DNA of 64,000 nt from a virus (Duplodnaviria; Heunggongvirae; Uroviricota; Caudoviricetes), in the IMG/VR virus record IMGVR_UViG_2910596823_000004. The stretch is one strand, 5' to 3'. Positions 19,201 through 28,867 of this stretch are shown here, piece by piece. A program made the position numbers and the translations under genes. Below the pieces are notes generated by a model. It worked only from the letters and a program-made list of their open reading frames with translations. It ran no database searches and was not told where the DNA came from. How positions within the stretch are numbered: position 1 is the first letter of the stretch; each line of letters begins with the position of its first letter.

Positions 19201-19404
19201 ATGAAGACCTATGATCGCAACCGTAACGCTATCACTACCGGCAGCCGAGTGATGGTGGCAACGAATGGTGCAACGGGAGTCATCAAGGAAATCTGCGGAG
19301 AAGGCAAATCAGAAGAACAATTACGCCGTTCTGACTGCGTATCTATCGAAGGTGTGGAGGGTCTGTTCTGCCCAATGGATTTGGTTCGCTTAGGGTTCCA
19401 CTAA
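19201..19404 (+). CDS. Hypothetical protein (67 aa)
   Basis: Strong RBS, GGAGGAAACG then ATG. Confidence 0.45.
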   Translation: MKTYDRNRNAITTGSRVMVATNGATGVIKEICGEGKSEEQLRRSDCVSIEGVEGLFCPMDLVRLGFH

Positions 19405-19454
19405 TTTCACCAACCAGAAAACAAATTGTTAAAGGCCACAATAGTGGCCTTCAT

Positions 19455-19826
19455 TTACTCAGCGATAAGCGATCCAATCATCGCCTGTAGCTCTCGTTCT
19501 TTTTCTTTGGCTACGCGTAGTAATTCGGCATTTACATGACGTTGCAGCTTATCCATTACACGGAACGACGGACGGCGCATGACGCTCTCGTCGATGGCTT
19601 TGGTATTCAAGCTAATAAGATGCCCGAAGTGGTTGAAGCCAGCCCCGACGAACACTTCATATAGCTGGGCATCGCGCTCAAACAGAGCGATCCCATTTCG
19701 CACCTCAAGCAGCGTTCCTTCCTCAATAAGCGTATCCAGCGCCTTATCCCAGACCGGACAAAAGCGATAATTGAAACCTTCCAGTAATGCTGTAAAAAAC
19801 AGCGAAACGGCATTACCCAACTTCAT
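19455..19826 (-). CDS. Hypothetical protein (123 aa)
   Basis: ORF in a three-gene minus-strand operon. Confidence 0.45.
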   Translation of the reverse strand: MKLGNAVSLFFTALLEGFNYRFCPVWDKALDTLIEEGTLLEVRNGIALFERDAQLYEVFVGAGFNHFGHLISLNTKAIDESVMRRPSFRVMDKLQRHVNAELLRVAKEKERELQAMIGSLIAE

Positions 19827-19828
19827 AG

Positions 19829-20119
19829 TTACTCTTCCTTGCTCCTTGCTCTGTTAGCCTGCACTTCCTTAGCCAGCTCGTAGGTAATTTTGCACGGCAC
19901 AATCATCGCCCAGCCTTTTTCGTGGCTGTTAATCACCTGCTGAACATGGCCGTCTGTAATGGGCAGATCCGGCAACTGTTTAAAAACTTCCATCTGCTCA
20001 TGGATATGCAGAAACCACCTTGCCAGCTCCATCTGCTCACCGCGGGTGAGGGGATTATCCAGCGGGGACTTAACAAAAGCGGAGACGCGCTCGACAGGCA
20101 GATCATTCATGCCGCGCAC
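19829..20119 (-). CDS. Hypothetical protein (96 aa)
   Basis: ORF with a 3-nt gap from the downstream gene. Confidence 0.45.
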   Translation of the reverse strand: MRGMNDLPVERVSAFVKSPLDNPLTRGEQMELARWFLHIHEQMEVFKQLPDLPITDGHVQQVINSHEKGWAMIVPCKITYELAKEVQANRARSKEE

Positions 20120-20676
20120 CTCTCTGCTTTATCCTGCAATTCGCGGACATACTCGACCAAAGAGCCGCCTGGTGGGATCTGGCATTCCTCAACTAACTGG
20201 AAGTAGATGTCTGCGGCCGCGCGTGTGTTCGAGCCTTTGTTTAGCTGCTCTTCGCGCAGCGCATCACGTTCGTTGATCAAACGAACACACTCGCCGTTAC
20301 GCTGATCAACAACGGCCTCAAGTTCAGCGATACGTTCGCCTGGCGTCTTGCCTTCTTTGCGCTGGATGGTGACGGTAAACTCGCCCATTTCAGGAACGTT
20401 GTACCCCAGCTCTAGGTAGTTTCTGGCGCCGCTGCGGACGAACTCACCTGCGAACATGGTGGCGAACATCGCAGAGGCCATTTCTCCTTTGAAAAGCGAC
20501 TCCAGAGCTAACGGAGTGCCGGCAGACAGAGCCTCTTTTGCTGTGTCCATTGCGTCCATGAACCGGTCGAACTCATTGGCGCGTTTCTCAAGGTCTCTCC
20601 ACTGCTGGCTCCAACGGCGTGCCAGATGTTCGATAAAAACCTGCGCCGATTCATCAAAGTTACCTTCGAACGTCAC
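20107..20676 (-). CDS. Hypothetical protein (189 aa)
   Basis: ORF with a GTG start 5 nt after an AAGGAG RBS. Confidence 0.45.
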   Translation of the reverse strand: MTFEGNFDESAQVFIEHLARRWSQQWRDLEKRANEFDRFMDAMDTAKEALSAGTPLALESLFKGEMASAMFATMFAGEFVRSGARNYLELGYNVPEMGEFTVTIQRKEGKTPGERIAELEAVVDQRNGECVRLINERDALREEQLNKGSNTRAAADIYFQLVEECQIPPGGSLVEYVRELQDKAERCAA

Positions 20677-20853
20677 AAGCTCCTTGTCGATTTTATGGTT
20701 CCGGCAGGCGTTCCTTCGTTCCCCTGTAGCACTAAATTAAATGGCAGCTTCGCCTGATTAACGCTGGCGAATGTAATTCTCGATTTTTCGCTCATGTGTT
20801 TACCTCTGATAAAGTGGCTCTATTCTTACACAAATTAGGTAAGTATTTACCTA

Positions 20854-22557
20854 TCATTTTACACGCTTGAAAACGTATACGCTGACAGTGATTCCGGTGT
20901 CTTCAAACTCGTCAGTAAACGACTTCCCTTTGGCATAAACGTAATTATCCAGCGACATCCAGTTCAGAACTGGCGCATCACCCGGCAGTACAGCCACCAG
21001 TCGCCCGCCGACTTTAAGATGCTCCAGCGCGGCCAGCGTATGCTCTCTGTGACGGCCAAGAGAGTAGGGCGGGTTCATGACGATTTTGTCGAACTGATAG
21101 CCTGCGTTGTCCTCAGACCACTTCATGAAGTCACAGCAGACCGTATTTGTGTACCCCTTGCCAAGCAGGATATCAGCGAAGAGAGGTGCGACTTCTATGC
21201 AGGTAACGTCTTCCGGATTGGCGTCGATGCAGGCCAACAGATCTCCGCGCCCGGCTTCAGGCTCCAGCAGCTTCTCACCTAGCTTCAGCTCGATGGCTCT
21301 GGCAACGTACTCCGCTATCAAACGTGGGGTAGGGTAGAACTGGTGTGATTTTGTATCCGGTATTAAGCCGGTGGCCACAATCGTATTGAGCGTATGGCCG
21401 ATCTCATACGGGAACTGCCAGTGCTTTTTCTCCTGCACGCCGCCAATGAAGTTCAGTGTGCGCTCAAGCTCTTCCACCTGTGACTTCTGTAGGTTGGAAT
21501 CAGAGAAGTACCAGACGCCTTTGTCTTTGCTGAATCGCCCGTCGCGCAGCGCGGTACGAACCGGCTCGGAGATCGTCTTCTGGATTAACCCGAACTCTTT
21601 TGGTGCCCGTGTTTTGGGTGCAGTACGGCATGGCGCCGGGATTGCTGCAGGCATACTGTAAGCCAGCACCTCATTCAGCTTCCAGGCCACGTCAGGATGT
21701 ATTTCAAAGTGAACGTTGCCGTTCTTGAACATCTTCACGCGCATCAGGTTTCCGTCGACATTCATCCAGTCACCGGTCTGGCAGTCGTTTGCCCGGTACG
21801 CAGCTGATAGCATCTCAGTTGTGCGGTTGATGGTGATGAACTCTTTGTGTGCGAAGAAATGAAGCATGACGCGCAGGTCGTCGATGTAGTCCTCTTTCCG
21901 GTAGTTCACGCTGACGCTGTCCCGCCAGAACTCGGAAATGCAGTTGGCGATGATCAGACGCTCGCTAAAGCCGTTCGTCTTATTGGTCTTGTGGGCAGGA
22001 CTCAGCGCTTTAAACAAGCCATACACGCGCTCAGAGAGATATTTGTGCCTGTCATTCAGCAGATTGAGCATCGTGGGGATGACCGTTTCTGCTTTGAACT
22101 CCGGCACACCAACGAACTCCTTAACCTTCATCTGGTAGCCGGTTCTGTCAGTCCTGATGGTCTCCTGCTTGCCCTCGATGAACTGCTCCCGCCACTCGTC
22201 GCGGCGGGAAGCTGGCATGATCAGCAGAACGTTTGTCATATCCGTGACCTTCTTCCAGTACTCGGCCCAGATATTCTGTTTCACCCATTCAAGGTCGACC
22301 TTATCCAGCCAGGCTCTGTTAAAGCGTGTGCGCTCGTCATCCGGCCGGTGGTTGAGTCGCAGCAGGCGGTTAATCATGTTGTGGCGTTCGTCGCCATAAA
22401 CGAAGTCGTGAACCTGATGCATGAATGCGATCTCTTTCTCGCACTCGGCCACAATTTCGTGGATGACGTTCATTTCCTGCCGGTAGTCGATATCAGTGTT
22501 TGGGGTGATAGCGTCAATGATGGAAAGGGCTGTATTCATGATTGCACCATTAAACAA
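20854..22557 (-). CDS. DNA N6-adenine methyltransferase with a long N-terminal extension
   Basis: C-terminal class-I SAM MTase with NPPY (FDKIVMNPPYS). The real start is probably the ATG at 22539 (MNTALSIID), since the track start lies inside the upstream class-B motif. Confidence 0.6.
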   Translation of the reverse strand: MFNGAIMNTALSIIDAITPNTDIDYRQEMNVIHEIVAECEKEIAFMHQVHDFVYGDERHNMINRLLRLNHRPDDERTRFNRAWLDKVDLEWVKQNIWAEYWKKVTDMTNVLLIMPASRRDEWREQFIEGKQETIRTDRTGYQMKVKEFVGVPEFKAETVIPTMLNLLNDRHKYLSERVYGLFKALSPAHKTNKTNGFSERLIIANCISEFWRDSVSVNYRKEDYIDDLRVMLHFFAHKEFITINRTTEMLSAAYRANDCQTGDWMNVDGNLMRVKMFKNGNVHFEIHPDVAWKLNEVLAYSMPAAIPAPCRTAPKTRAPKEFGLIQKTISEPVRTALRDGRFSKDKGVWYFSDSNLQKSQVEELERTLNFIGGVQEKKHWQFPYEIGHTLNTIVATGLIPDTKSHQFYPTPRLIAEYVARAIELKLGEKLLEPEAGRGDLLACIDANPEDVTCIEVAPLFADILLGKGYTNTVCCDFMKWSEDNAGYQFDKIVMNPPYSLGRHREHTLAALEHLKVGGRLVAVLPGDAPVLNWMSLDNYVYAKGKSFTDEFEDTGITVSVYVFKRVK

Positions 22558-22641
22558 ATTGTTTTCTTGTTGGTGTTATTTTCCCAAAGTTGAAAAGGCG
22601 TAAAAGCAGCATTCACAGGCGTTGCAGCTGATTTAAGGCGT

Positions 22642-22663
22642 AAAAAAGGGGGCTTTCGCCCCC
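22642..22663 (-). terminator. Rho-independent terminator (minus strand)
   Basis: Minus-sense gggggcgaaagccccc followed by TTTTTT. Confidence 0.55.
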
Positions 22664-22680
22664 TGTCGGCAGGTGAGAAA

Positions 22681-23251
22681 TTAGTGGTGTACGTGCTGCG
22701 TTTTGTGCGGCTGTTTGTTCAGGTCGTGGCGATGGGTCAGCTCGCGCATCATGTCTTCAAGACGGCTCTTGGTGTCGTCAAGCTGGTCGGCCATTGCCCC
22801 CAGCAGCTGGCGAACGGCCATCGGATCGTCGCTGTTCAGATCAGGCATTTTGAACCCAGCCTGGGAAGACATCAGTTTGAAGGCGGCCAGCAACATCGCC
22901 AGAGAAGACTTCAGTCCGGCGATTTCGCGATCTTTGCTGGCGTTGGTTTCATCTGCCTTGACTGAATCCGGTGAGCACTTCGGCTTGCTTACCATTTCCA
23001 GCGTTGCCTGAAGTTTGTCGGCGCGTTCTTTCTCTTCCAGATACGCTTCGCCGAAATGACGCGCCAGCATCACAATTTCAATCGGATCATCAATCATGCT
23101 TGAGAACTTGAGAACGCTGAAAAGGCGGTCGATAGGGGAGGCGTCGTCTTCGTGACCAACCACAAGACCCATGATCTCAACCAGTTCGGCCGCACCAACT
23201 TTTTTAATCACGCTTTCAACTTTGGCATTAGTTTTTTTGCATTTTTCGCAC
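22681..23251 (-). CDS. Hypothetical protein (~190 aa)
   Basis: ORF. The preferred start is the ATG at 23251 (MCEKCKK...) after an AAGGAAAAAACAC RBS. Class-B motif upstream. Confidence 0.45.
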
Positions 23252-23361
23252 ATGTGTTTTTTCCTTATGTTTTTAAACAAGTTGTTTTCTAGATTGCGTT
23301 ATTGTGGCGTGACTGAAAAGGTGGGCAAACGCTACGTAAAGGCGGACACCCACACTGACGG

Positions 23362-24177
23362 TTAATGAAGACGTTTGGATTCCTTCATTTCACGTTCGAC
23401 ATGCTCACGACACGGCTCATACTCAATGGCGCTGGCGGTAATTTTCCCGGCAGAAATTAGCTTCACGGCAGCAAAGCAAAGTCCTTTAAAGGTGAACTTG
23501 GCCTGGTTGCGTCCGTTTCCGATGACAACGTTTTTGCCATATCCGCGGTCAATGAAGATCTTGAGGAACTGGCGGTTAACAGTGATGTATTTGCGCTTAA
23601 CGTACACATCACCCAGCGAGTCCATCAGCGCACCCAGAACAGCCCCGGACGTTCCGAGAATGCGACCAGCTTCATTCAGCCCATAAAGCTCATCAGCAGT
23701 GCCGCAAATGGTGTCCATGAGAATGGCTTTTGGTTTTGCGTTAGATAGTGCAACGCCTAACGCCTCGTTCTCTTTCTCCAGACGCTCGTTTTCCTCGACC
23801 TGGTGTAACAAATGAACCAGAGCTTCTTTATAGGTACGTGGAATAGCAGGCGTTCCGCGGTCGGCAAACATGGACTCAAGCTCTCTCCACCGATCAACAA
23901 GGCGTGCGGTAAATTCAGGAGAAAGCTGCGCCACGACAACGATGCTGTCGCGTTTACCCTGTTCGGCTTCGAACAAGTAAAACGTAGCCGGACGCCCGGC
24001 AGTGGGCTTTTCCACCAATGGTGGAAAAGTAATAACGCCGGATTTAGCGAGTCTTTCAATGGTGCGTTTTACGCTGTCATGGCGACTGCCGACCATTTCG
24101 GCGATCTCCTGACTGGTCATCGATGGTTTGGCGTGTAAGCCTGTAGTGGTGGGAGTGTGTGCAGTTGCCTCAAACAT
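23362..24177 (-). CDS. Phage regulatory protein Rha / antirepressor-like
   Basis: Rha-type N-terminus (TSQEIAEMVGSRHDSVKRTIERLAKSG). Confidence 0.5.
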   Translation of the reverse strand: MFEATAHTPTTTGLHAKPSMTSQEIAEMVGSRHDSVKRTIERLAKSGVITFPPLVEKPTAGRPATFYLFEAEQGKRDSIVVVAQLSPEFTARLVDRWRELESMFADRGTPAIPRTYKEALVHLLHQVEENERLEKENEALGVALSNAKPKAILMDTICGTADELYGLNEAGRILGTSGAVLGALMDSLGDVYVKRKYITVNRQFLKIFIDRGYGKNVVIGNGRNQAKFTFKGLCFAAVKLISAGKITASAIEYEPCREHVEREMKESKRLH

Positions 24178-24198
24178 ACATTCTCCATTCAGTGTAAA

Positions 24199-24225
24199 AA
24201 GGGCCGTCAGTGGCCCTTGTTGTTA
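24199..24225 (-). terminator. Terminator-like hairpin (minus strand)
   Basis: Minus-sense agggccactgacggccct followed by TTTTT. Confidence 0.45.
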
Positions 24226-24285
24226 ACTCTCATTGGTTGATTGGCTAAACAATTTGTTTTAACAGTGCCGAAAAGAGATTTGGCA

Positions 24286-24474
24286 TCAAAAGAACCAGAG
24301 AATGCTGCCCACCGGAACAACGAAAATGCCCACGACACGCGCAAGTGTCATTCCGGCATCAAACTGAAGATCGCCACTGTTCACGAGTTTCACCAGATTC
24401 ATGATCCAGCCGCCAATCAGAAAAATGGCGAGGCCAACAATCATCGCGGTGACTTTCTGGAAGCTCCATTTCAT
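24286..24474 (-). CDS. Small two-TM membrane protein (62 aa)
   Basis: Two hydrophobic helices. Confidence 0.4.
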   Translation of the reverse strand: MKWSFQKVTAMIVGLAIFLIGGWIMNLVKLVNSGDLQFDAGMTLARVVGIFVVPVGSILWFF

Positions 24475-24483
24475 GCAATAGCC

Positions 24484-24978
24484 TCAGTCACAGCAGAAGG
24501 AAGATCCGGAGTTGCAGGTCGAGCTGGAATCGTGTCCAGCAGCATCCCATCCAGAGAGACAGGAGGTCGTTCTGGCAGGGGTGTCGTCTGCAAGGTTGTG
24601 GTGGAAGTAGTTGTGTCCGTCATCAACAGACTCTGACCGGTTGGTACGGCTACCGCTGCCAGGGTTGCTAAAATTACTCCGTAGGCCATTGGCTTCAGTC
24701 GATTTCGTTGAAAATTTTCCATAAGAACTGTCCTTGTGTGCCTGGGATTCACGCAACACACGAGAGGCGACGGAATCACGCACCTTCCCCATGCCTACTG
24801 TCGCACCCAGATTTGCTATGGCGGTAGCTTGCGCATCAATGCGCTTCTCCAGCTCAAACACTCGTTCTTCCAGTTCCGCAAGGCGTGCAGAAACACGACC
24901 GCTAAACAGCTCGGCCAGAACCAGGCGAATTGAACGGGGACGTTTATTGAAAGAAGTGAAAGGCGTTTGACGTGCCAT
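24484..24978 (-). CDS. Hypothetical coiled-coil protein. The C-terminal third is compositionally odd, and a second frame (24471..24779) with a signal-anchor overlaps it.
   Basis: ORF. The N-terminal 85 aa look protein-like (LAELEERVFELEKRIDAQ). The overlapping frames are unresolved. Confidence 0.3.
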   Translation of the reverse strand: MARQTPFTSFNKRPRSIRLVLAELFSGRVSARLAELEERVFELEKRIDAQATAIANLGATVGMGKVRDSVASRVLRESQAHKDSSYGKFSTKSTEANGLRSNFSNPGSGSRTNRSESVDDGHNYFHHNLADDTPARTTSCLSGWDAAGHDSSSTCNSGSSFCCD

Positions 24979-25387
24979 TTGGATTCCATTCAGTGTCAGA
25001 AAGAGTTGCGGCTGGCTTGGCCAGCCGCCTTTTGGCGTTCCATCCTGGAACAGTACCTAACCGGTACTTCGTCATCCTGACGAACGGTAAGATACCTGAT
25101 TTAAAATGATAGGTAAATGCTTACTTATTACTTTGTGACAAAAATCCAATATCACGCTTGTGAGGCATATCAGATGCGGAGTAGACGGCGATCATAGTAG
25201 GCCGTTCATTAGATCGGCTTTGAGAGCGGATTGGACCAAACCCTAGATAGCGAGAGAGCACGGTGCTAATACCCGGTCACGTCACCAGCCAGGCGACAAC
25301 AGATGAGTTCATGGCAACATTTCGGAAGGTATCTTCGTATCATTATGTGGTTAAATATACATAATTTAACCCAATGGAATTTTAGCC

Positions 25388-25990
25388 ATGCTAGCCTTCT
25401 GGCACGAAAATTCAGACCTCATCTCCGCATTTTTAGCAGCTCTTTTAGGTGGCTTTTTCACGATGCTAGGAGTGACAACTCAGGTGAAACAGCAAGCAAA
25501 ACAGCAGGCAACAGCGGCCAGAGAGAAGCGTATAACAACGCTATTGGGTGTCAGAGAGGAAATAGACTCACTGATTAAACTGTATCAGGCCAGAATGGCA
25601 GAAGAACTCAAAAAATACGACCAGAACTCACCGTTCGATAACATTTTCCCCATTACTCAAAACTACTTCACGTTCTATGAAGCCAACTCGGCATCCCTAC
25701 CTGAAGTTCATAGAGAAACACTCTCAAAAATTGTGGCTTTTTATACAAGCGCAAGAAGCCTAATTGATTCCTATCGCGGTAATAATGCACTTATCGAACG
25801 GCTGGACTCCACGCAGGTTGCAAGTGACATTACTGGCAACAAAGAGCATCTTGCACACCTGAAAAGATACACCATCCTAGCCACAAAGTACGGCCGCGGA
25901 TTAATGATGATTCATGAAGAGGTCATGCTGCGCTATAAACAGGTTATAGAAGCCATCGATGGTGAAATCTCACAGTTACAATGCAGTTAG
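25388..25990 (+). CDS. Membrane-anchored hypothetical protein (200 aa; N-terminal TM)
   Basis: ORF on the opposite strand, inside an apparently lower-GC island. Confidence 0.45.
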   Translation: MLAFWHENSDLISAFLAALLGGFFTMLGVTTQVKQQAKQQATAAREKRITTLLGVREEIDSLIKLYQARMAEELKKYDQNSPFDNIFPITQNYFTFYEANSASLPEVHRETLSKIVAFYTSARSLIDSYRGNNALIERLDSTQVASDITGNKEHLAHLKRYTILATKYGRGLMMIHEEVMLRYKQVIEAIDGEISQLQCS

Positions 25991-26187
25991 CACTACAATC
26001 TGTCCGCATATTACTCGACGCGGTCGGGCTTAACGGGCTGAAGATCCACTGTGAGCGAGAAGATGACTGTTACGCGTTGAAGTTAATTGTATTACTTAGG
26101 TAAACATTATCATTTTCCAGACGTTAAGTTGTATCTTTGATAGGATTAAAAAAGGTATAGATAGCTTATGTTACTGAAGGAATAAAA

Positions 26188-26997
26188 ATGACAAAAATTA
26201 GTGAACGATGGAAGCACAATGGCATTACTAAAGGTTATTGCAATATTTGTGGAAAATTTGACTTGCTCACAAAGGATCATGTCCCTCCAAAGTGCGCCAT
26301 AACCTTAGGTCCTGTCCTTCAGAAAACAGTTAGCGAATTTTTTAATGCTCAGGAACCAGTTAAACCGTTAAATGCTAAAAACGGATCTTATTTCAGAACT
26401 ATTTGCAGTCACTGCAACAATAAGGTGTTAGGTGGGTTCGATGTTGCAATTGAAAATGTAGCAAACTCCTTTAAAGAACAGTTGAGTCAATATATGAATG
26501 GTACGAATGTATATCCATTCATTAGAATACCTTTTGATAGCATATCTTTCACTAAGGCTATGATTGGACACGTGCTATCAGCAACTTCAGTTGAAGATTG
26601 TAAAAAAGAACCCGTACACAGCCTCTTCTATACACCTTTAAAGGATTATGTTTTGGGTAATAATCCAAGTTTTGAGGAAACTCATGATATTTACTACTGG
26701 TTTTACCCACACAGAATGCACATATCCGCTCAAAGTGTAGCATTTATGAACGAAGGACATGTGGCATTTATTTGTGCTTTACATTTTTTCCCTATCGGGT
26801 TTATTATCACAATGAAAAATGAAGGAACATACCCTGCCCACTCAACAAAATTAGATCTTGAAGATAAATTCCTTACATTTAATATGACCTCTATAAATTA
26901 TGAGTATACGACATTTCCATTTGTAAATCTTAAGGGAAACCAAATGTATGCTATAAGCAACGGCCATACTTGTGTTAGTTATCCAATAATTAAGTGA
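26188..26997 (+). CDS. HNH-endonuclease-domain protein (269 aa)
   Basis: N-terminal CNICGKFDLLTKDHVPPK ... CSHCNN, i.e. a Cys pair, DH and a second Cys pair in an HNH-like arrangement. The C-terminal ~180 aa are unassigned. AT-rich codons. Confidence 0.5.
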   Translation: MTKISERWKHNGITKGYCNICGKFDLLTKDHVPPKCAITLGPVLQKTVSEFFNAQEPVKPLNAKNGSYFRTICSHCNNKVLGGFDVAIENVANSFKEQLSQYMNGTNVYPFIRIPFDSISFTKAMIGHVLSATSVEDCKKEPVHSLFYTPLKDYVLGNNPSFEETHDIYYWFYPHRMHISAQSVAFMNEGHVAFICALHFFPIGFIITMKNEGTYPAHSTKLDLEDKFLTFNMTSINYEYTTFPFVNLKGNQMYAISNGHTCVSYPIIK

Positions 26998-27656
26998 CAG
27001 CTAAATTATACAATCAACGCATGTTCACGTTTTACATATACCATCGATAATGTCCGCTCTTGGCACATTGAAGACATTACGATGCGCGATTTTTTCCCTC
27101 GCGCGTGTGCGCACGCGTGCGTGTAAATATTAAAAATTTTTATTAGAAAAGAAAAACTTACTTCCCAGAACAGGTTTTAATAAAACCTGAACTGAACGAA
27201 CGAAGTGAGTGAAGTTCACCTCGAACGAAGTGAGAGGTTGTCTTTTCAGGTAATACTCTCCCAGGGAGGTGAGTACAAAATCTCCTCACCAACCTGGTCG
27301 TTACATAACCTGAAAAGTTATGACCTAAGTCTACTGCCAGCTTAGGCTTGGGAAGTTATGGATGACAGCACCCCAGAACCGAGATCTTCCCACACTTTAT
27401 GAAGGGGAGTACTGGATTCAACCTCTCGAAATACTCCAGACTCGACAATCATAAAGTGACCCTTCTCTCCGCTCACTTTGGTTCCCCCTTCCCCAACCCC
27501 TAAGCGGTGCCGGTTCTACGCTGGTAGTGAGCTTTTTTAAACCTGACGCCAGTGACGCTATCCCCCACCCATCAGGTCGAGCTGCCGGAATCAATCCGGA
27601 AAGCGAGTGGATTTTATCACTGGCGATCTGCGTTTTAAATGGTAAGTACTTACCGA

Positions 27657-27887
27657 TTATTTCGATTGATTATTTTCTCGACCATGAAGCTGGACGTTCA
27701 GGGCAAACACCTCATTGATGAGTTCCCCTAACAGCTGCTCCACCAGCTCTTTGTGCTCGCCTGAATGAAGACATTTGAGCGACCATTCGTAGAGACTGAA
27801 AGCCTTATCGCGATCTTTCATCATGTCGCGCACTTTGGCCAGAAAATCGCTCTCAACGAGCGCTACGACGTTCGTCGGGTATACCAT
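27657..27887 (-). CDS. Hypothetical protein (76 aa)
   Basis: ATG after an AAGGAAAAC RBS. Confidence 0.45.
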   Translation of the reverse strand: MVYPTNVVALVESDFLAKVRDMMKDRDKAFSLYEWSLKCLHSGEHKELVEQLLGELINEVFALNVQLHGRENNQSK

Positions 27888-28089
27888 GATAGTTTTCCTT
27901 ACTGTGGTTCATAAAATCGATTCTAGAGCGTCTGAAGAGGGGTTCCAGTGGGTTCTGGAGGTGTAAAACGGTCTGGGAGTTGTTTGGAAATCACGTCTTA
28001 AAAAGCCTGCGTCTGTATATATTAATAATTAGTACTTAGTTATTTATATATACGGAAGCAGGTTCTCAAACTAACTCCCAGACTGGTGT

Positions 28090-28707
28090 TTACGCTGCCT
28101 TTTTACGTGGTCTCTTCTTCCTGACAACATTGGCAGGATCATAACCACCCAGCTTTTTCATCACCGCCAGCGGTATCTTGCTGATGGTGTGCCCAGCTTC
28201 CTGACAGTAGCCACGGAAGATAAGCAACATGCTGCCACCAGGGTTGATGTTCACCTCCACCAGCCCAAGTTCAACATCCGGCTCAACGAACGCAACACGG
28301 CCGCCAGACAAGATGACGGTTTCGTTGGCGCATTCAGCCGCACGCTCGTACCACTGCGTATCGAGGGATTGTGGTATCAACATGACCGTCGTCACTCCAC
28401 GCGCCTGCTCGCGGATGGCTGCGTCTATCCAGGGGGTGATTTTGGAGTAGGGCGGGTTAAGGAACGCCACAGTGCCAGGTTCTCCCCAGCTGCACTTGAG
28501 CGCATCACGCTCAACACCGATAAAGTTCGGCAGGAGAGCATTATCTTTGTTGCAGGCGACGTCCACATCGAACTTTACGCCTATGTAACGTTGGATGGCG
28601 ACAAACAACCACTGCGGTGTGCGCCAAAGGTCGCGAAGAGAGGCATCACGCTCTCGCTTTTTGATTTTTTCGGCTGCGATCATTACTTTGCTTTGATAGG
28701 TAAACAC
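28090..28707 (-). CDS. dam: Phage Dam-type N6-adenine DNA methyltransferase
   Basis: LNPPYS motif and RDLWRTPQW as in the phage Dam MTase family. The real start is probably the ATG at 28683 (MIAAEK). Confidence 0.65.
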   Translation of the reverse strand: MFTYQSKVMIAAEKIKKRERDASLRDLWRTPQWLFVAIQRYIGVKFDVDVACNKDNALLPNFIGVERDALKCSWGEPGTVAFLNPPYSKITPWIDAAIREQARGVTTVMLIPQSLDTQWYERAAECANETVILSGGRVAFVEPDVELGLVEVNINPGGSMLLIFRGYCQEAGHTISKIPLAVMKKLGGYDPANVVRKKRPRKKAA

Positions 28708-28867
28708 TTACCTATTTTTTCATTTAATCCAACGAATAGCAAACAAAGAAGAACGCGCCAGATCCGCAAACGGGAAGCTCTCTGGCGCGTTTTATCGATG
28801 CTGGGTATGCGATTAGCTTACCCAGCGTCCTAAAGCTCTCAGGGGCTTTAGATCGGGTAGGGGAACA

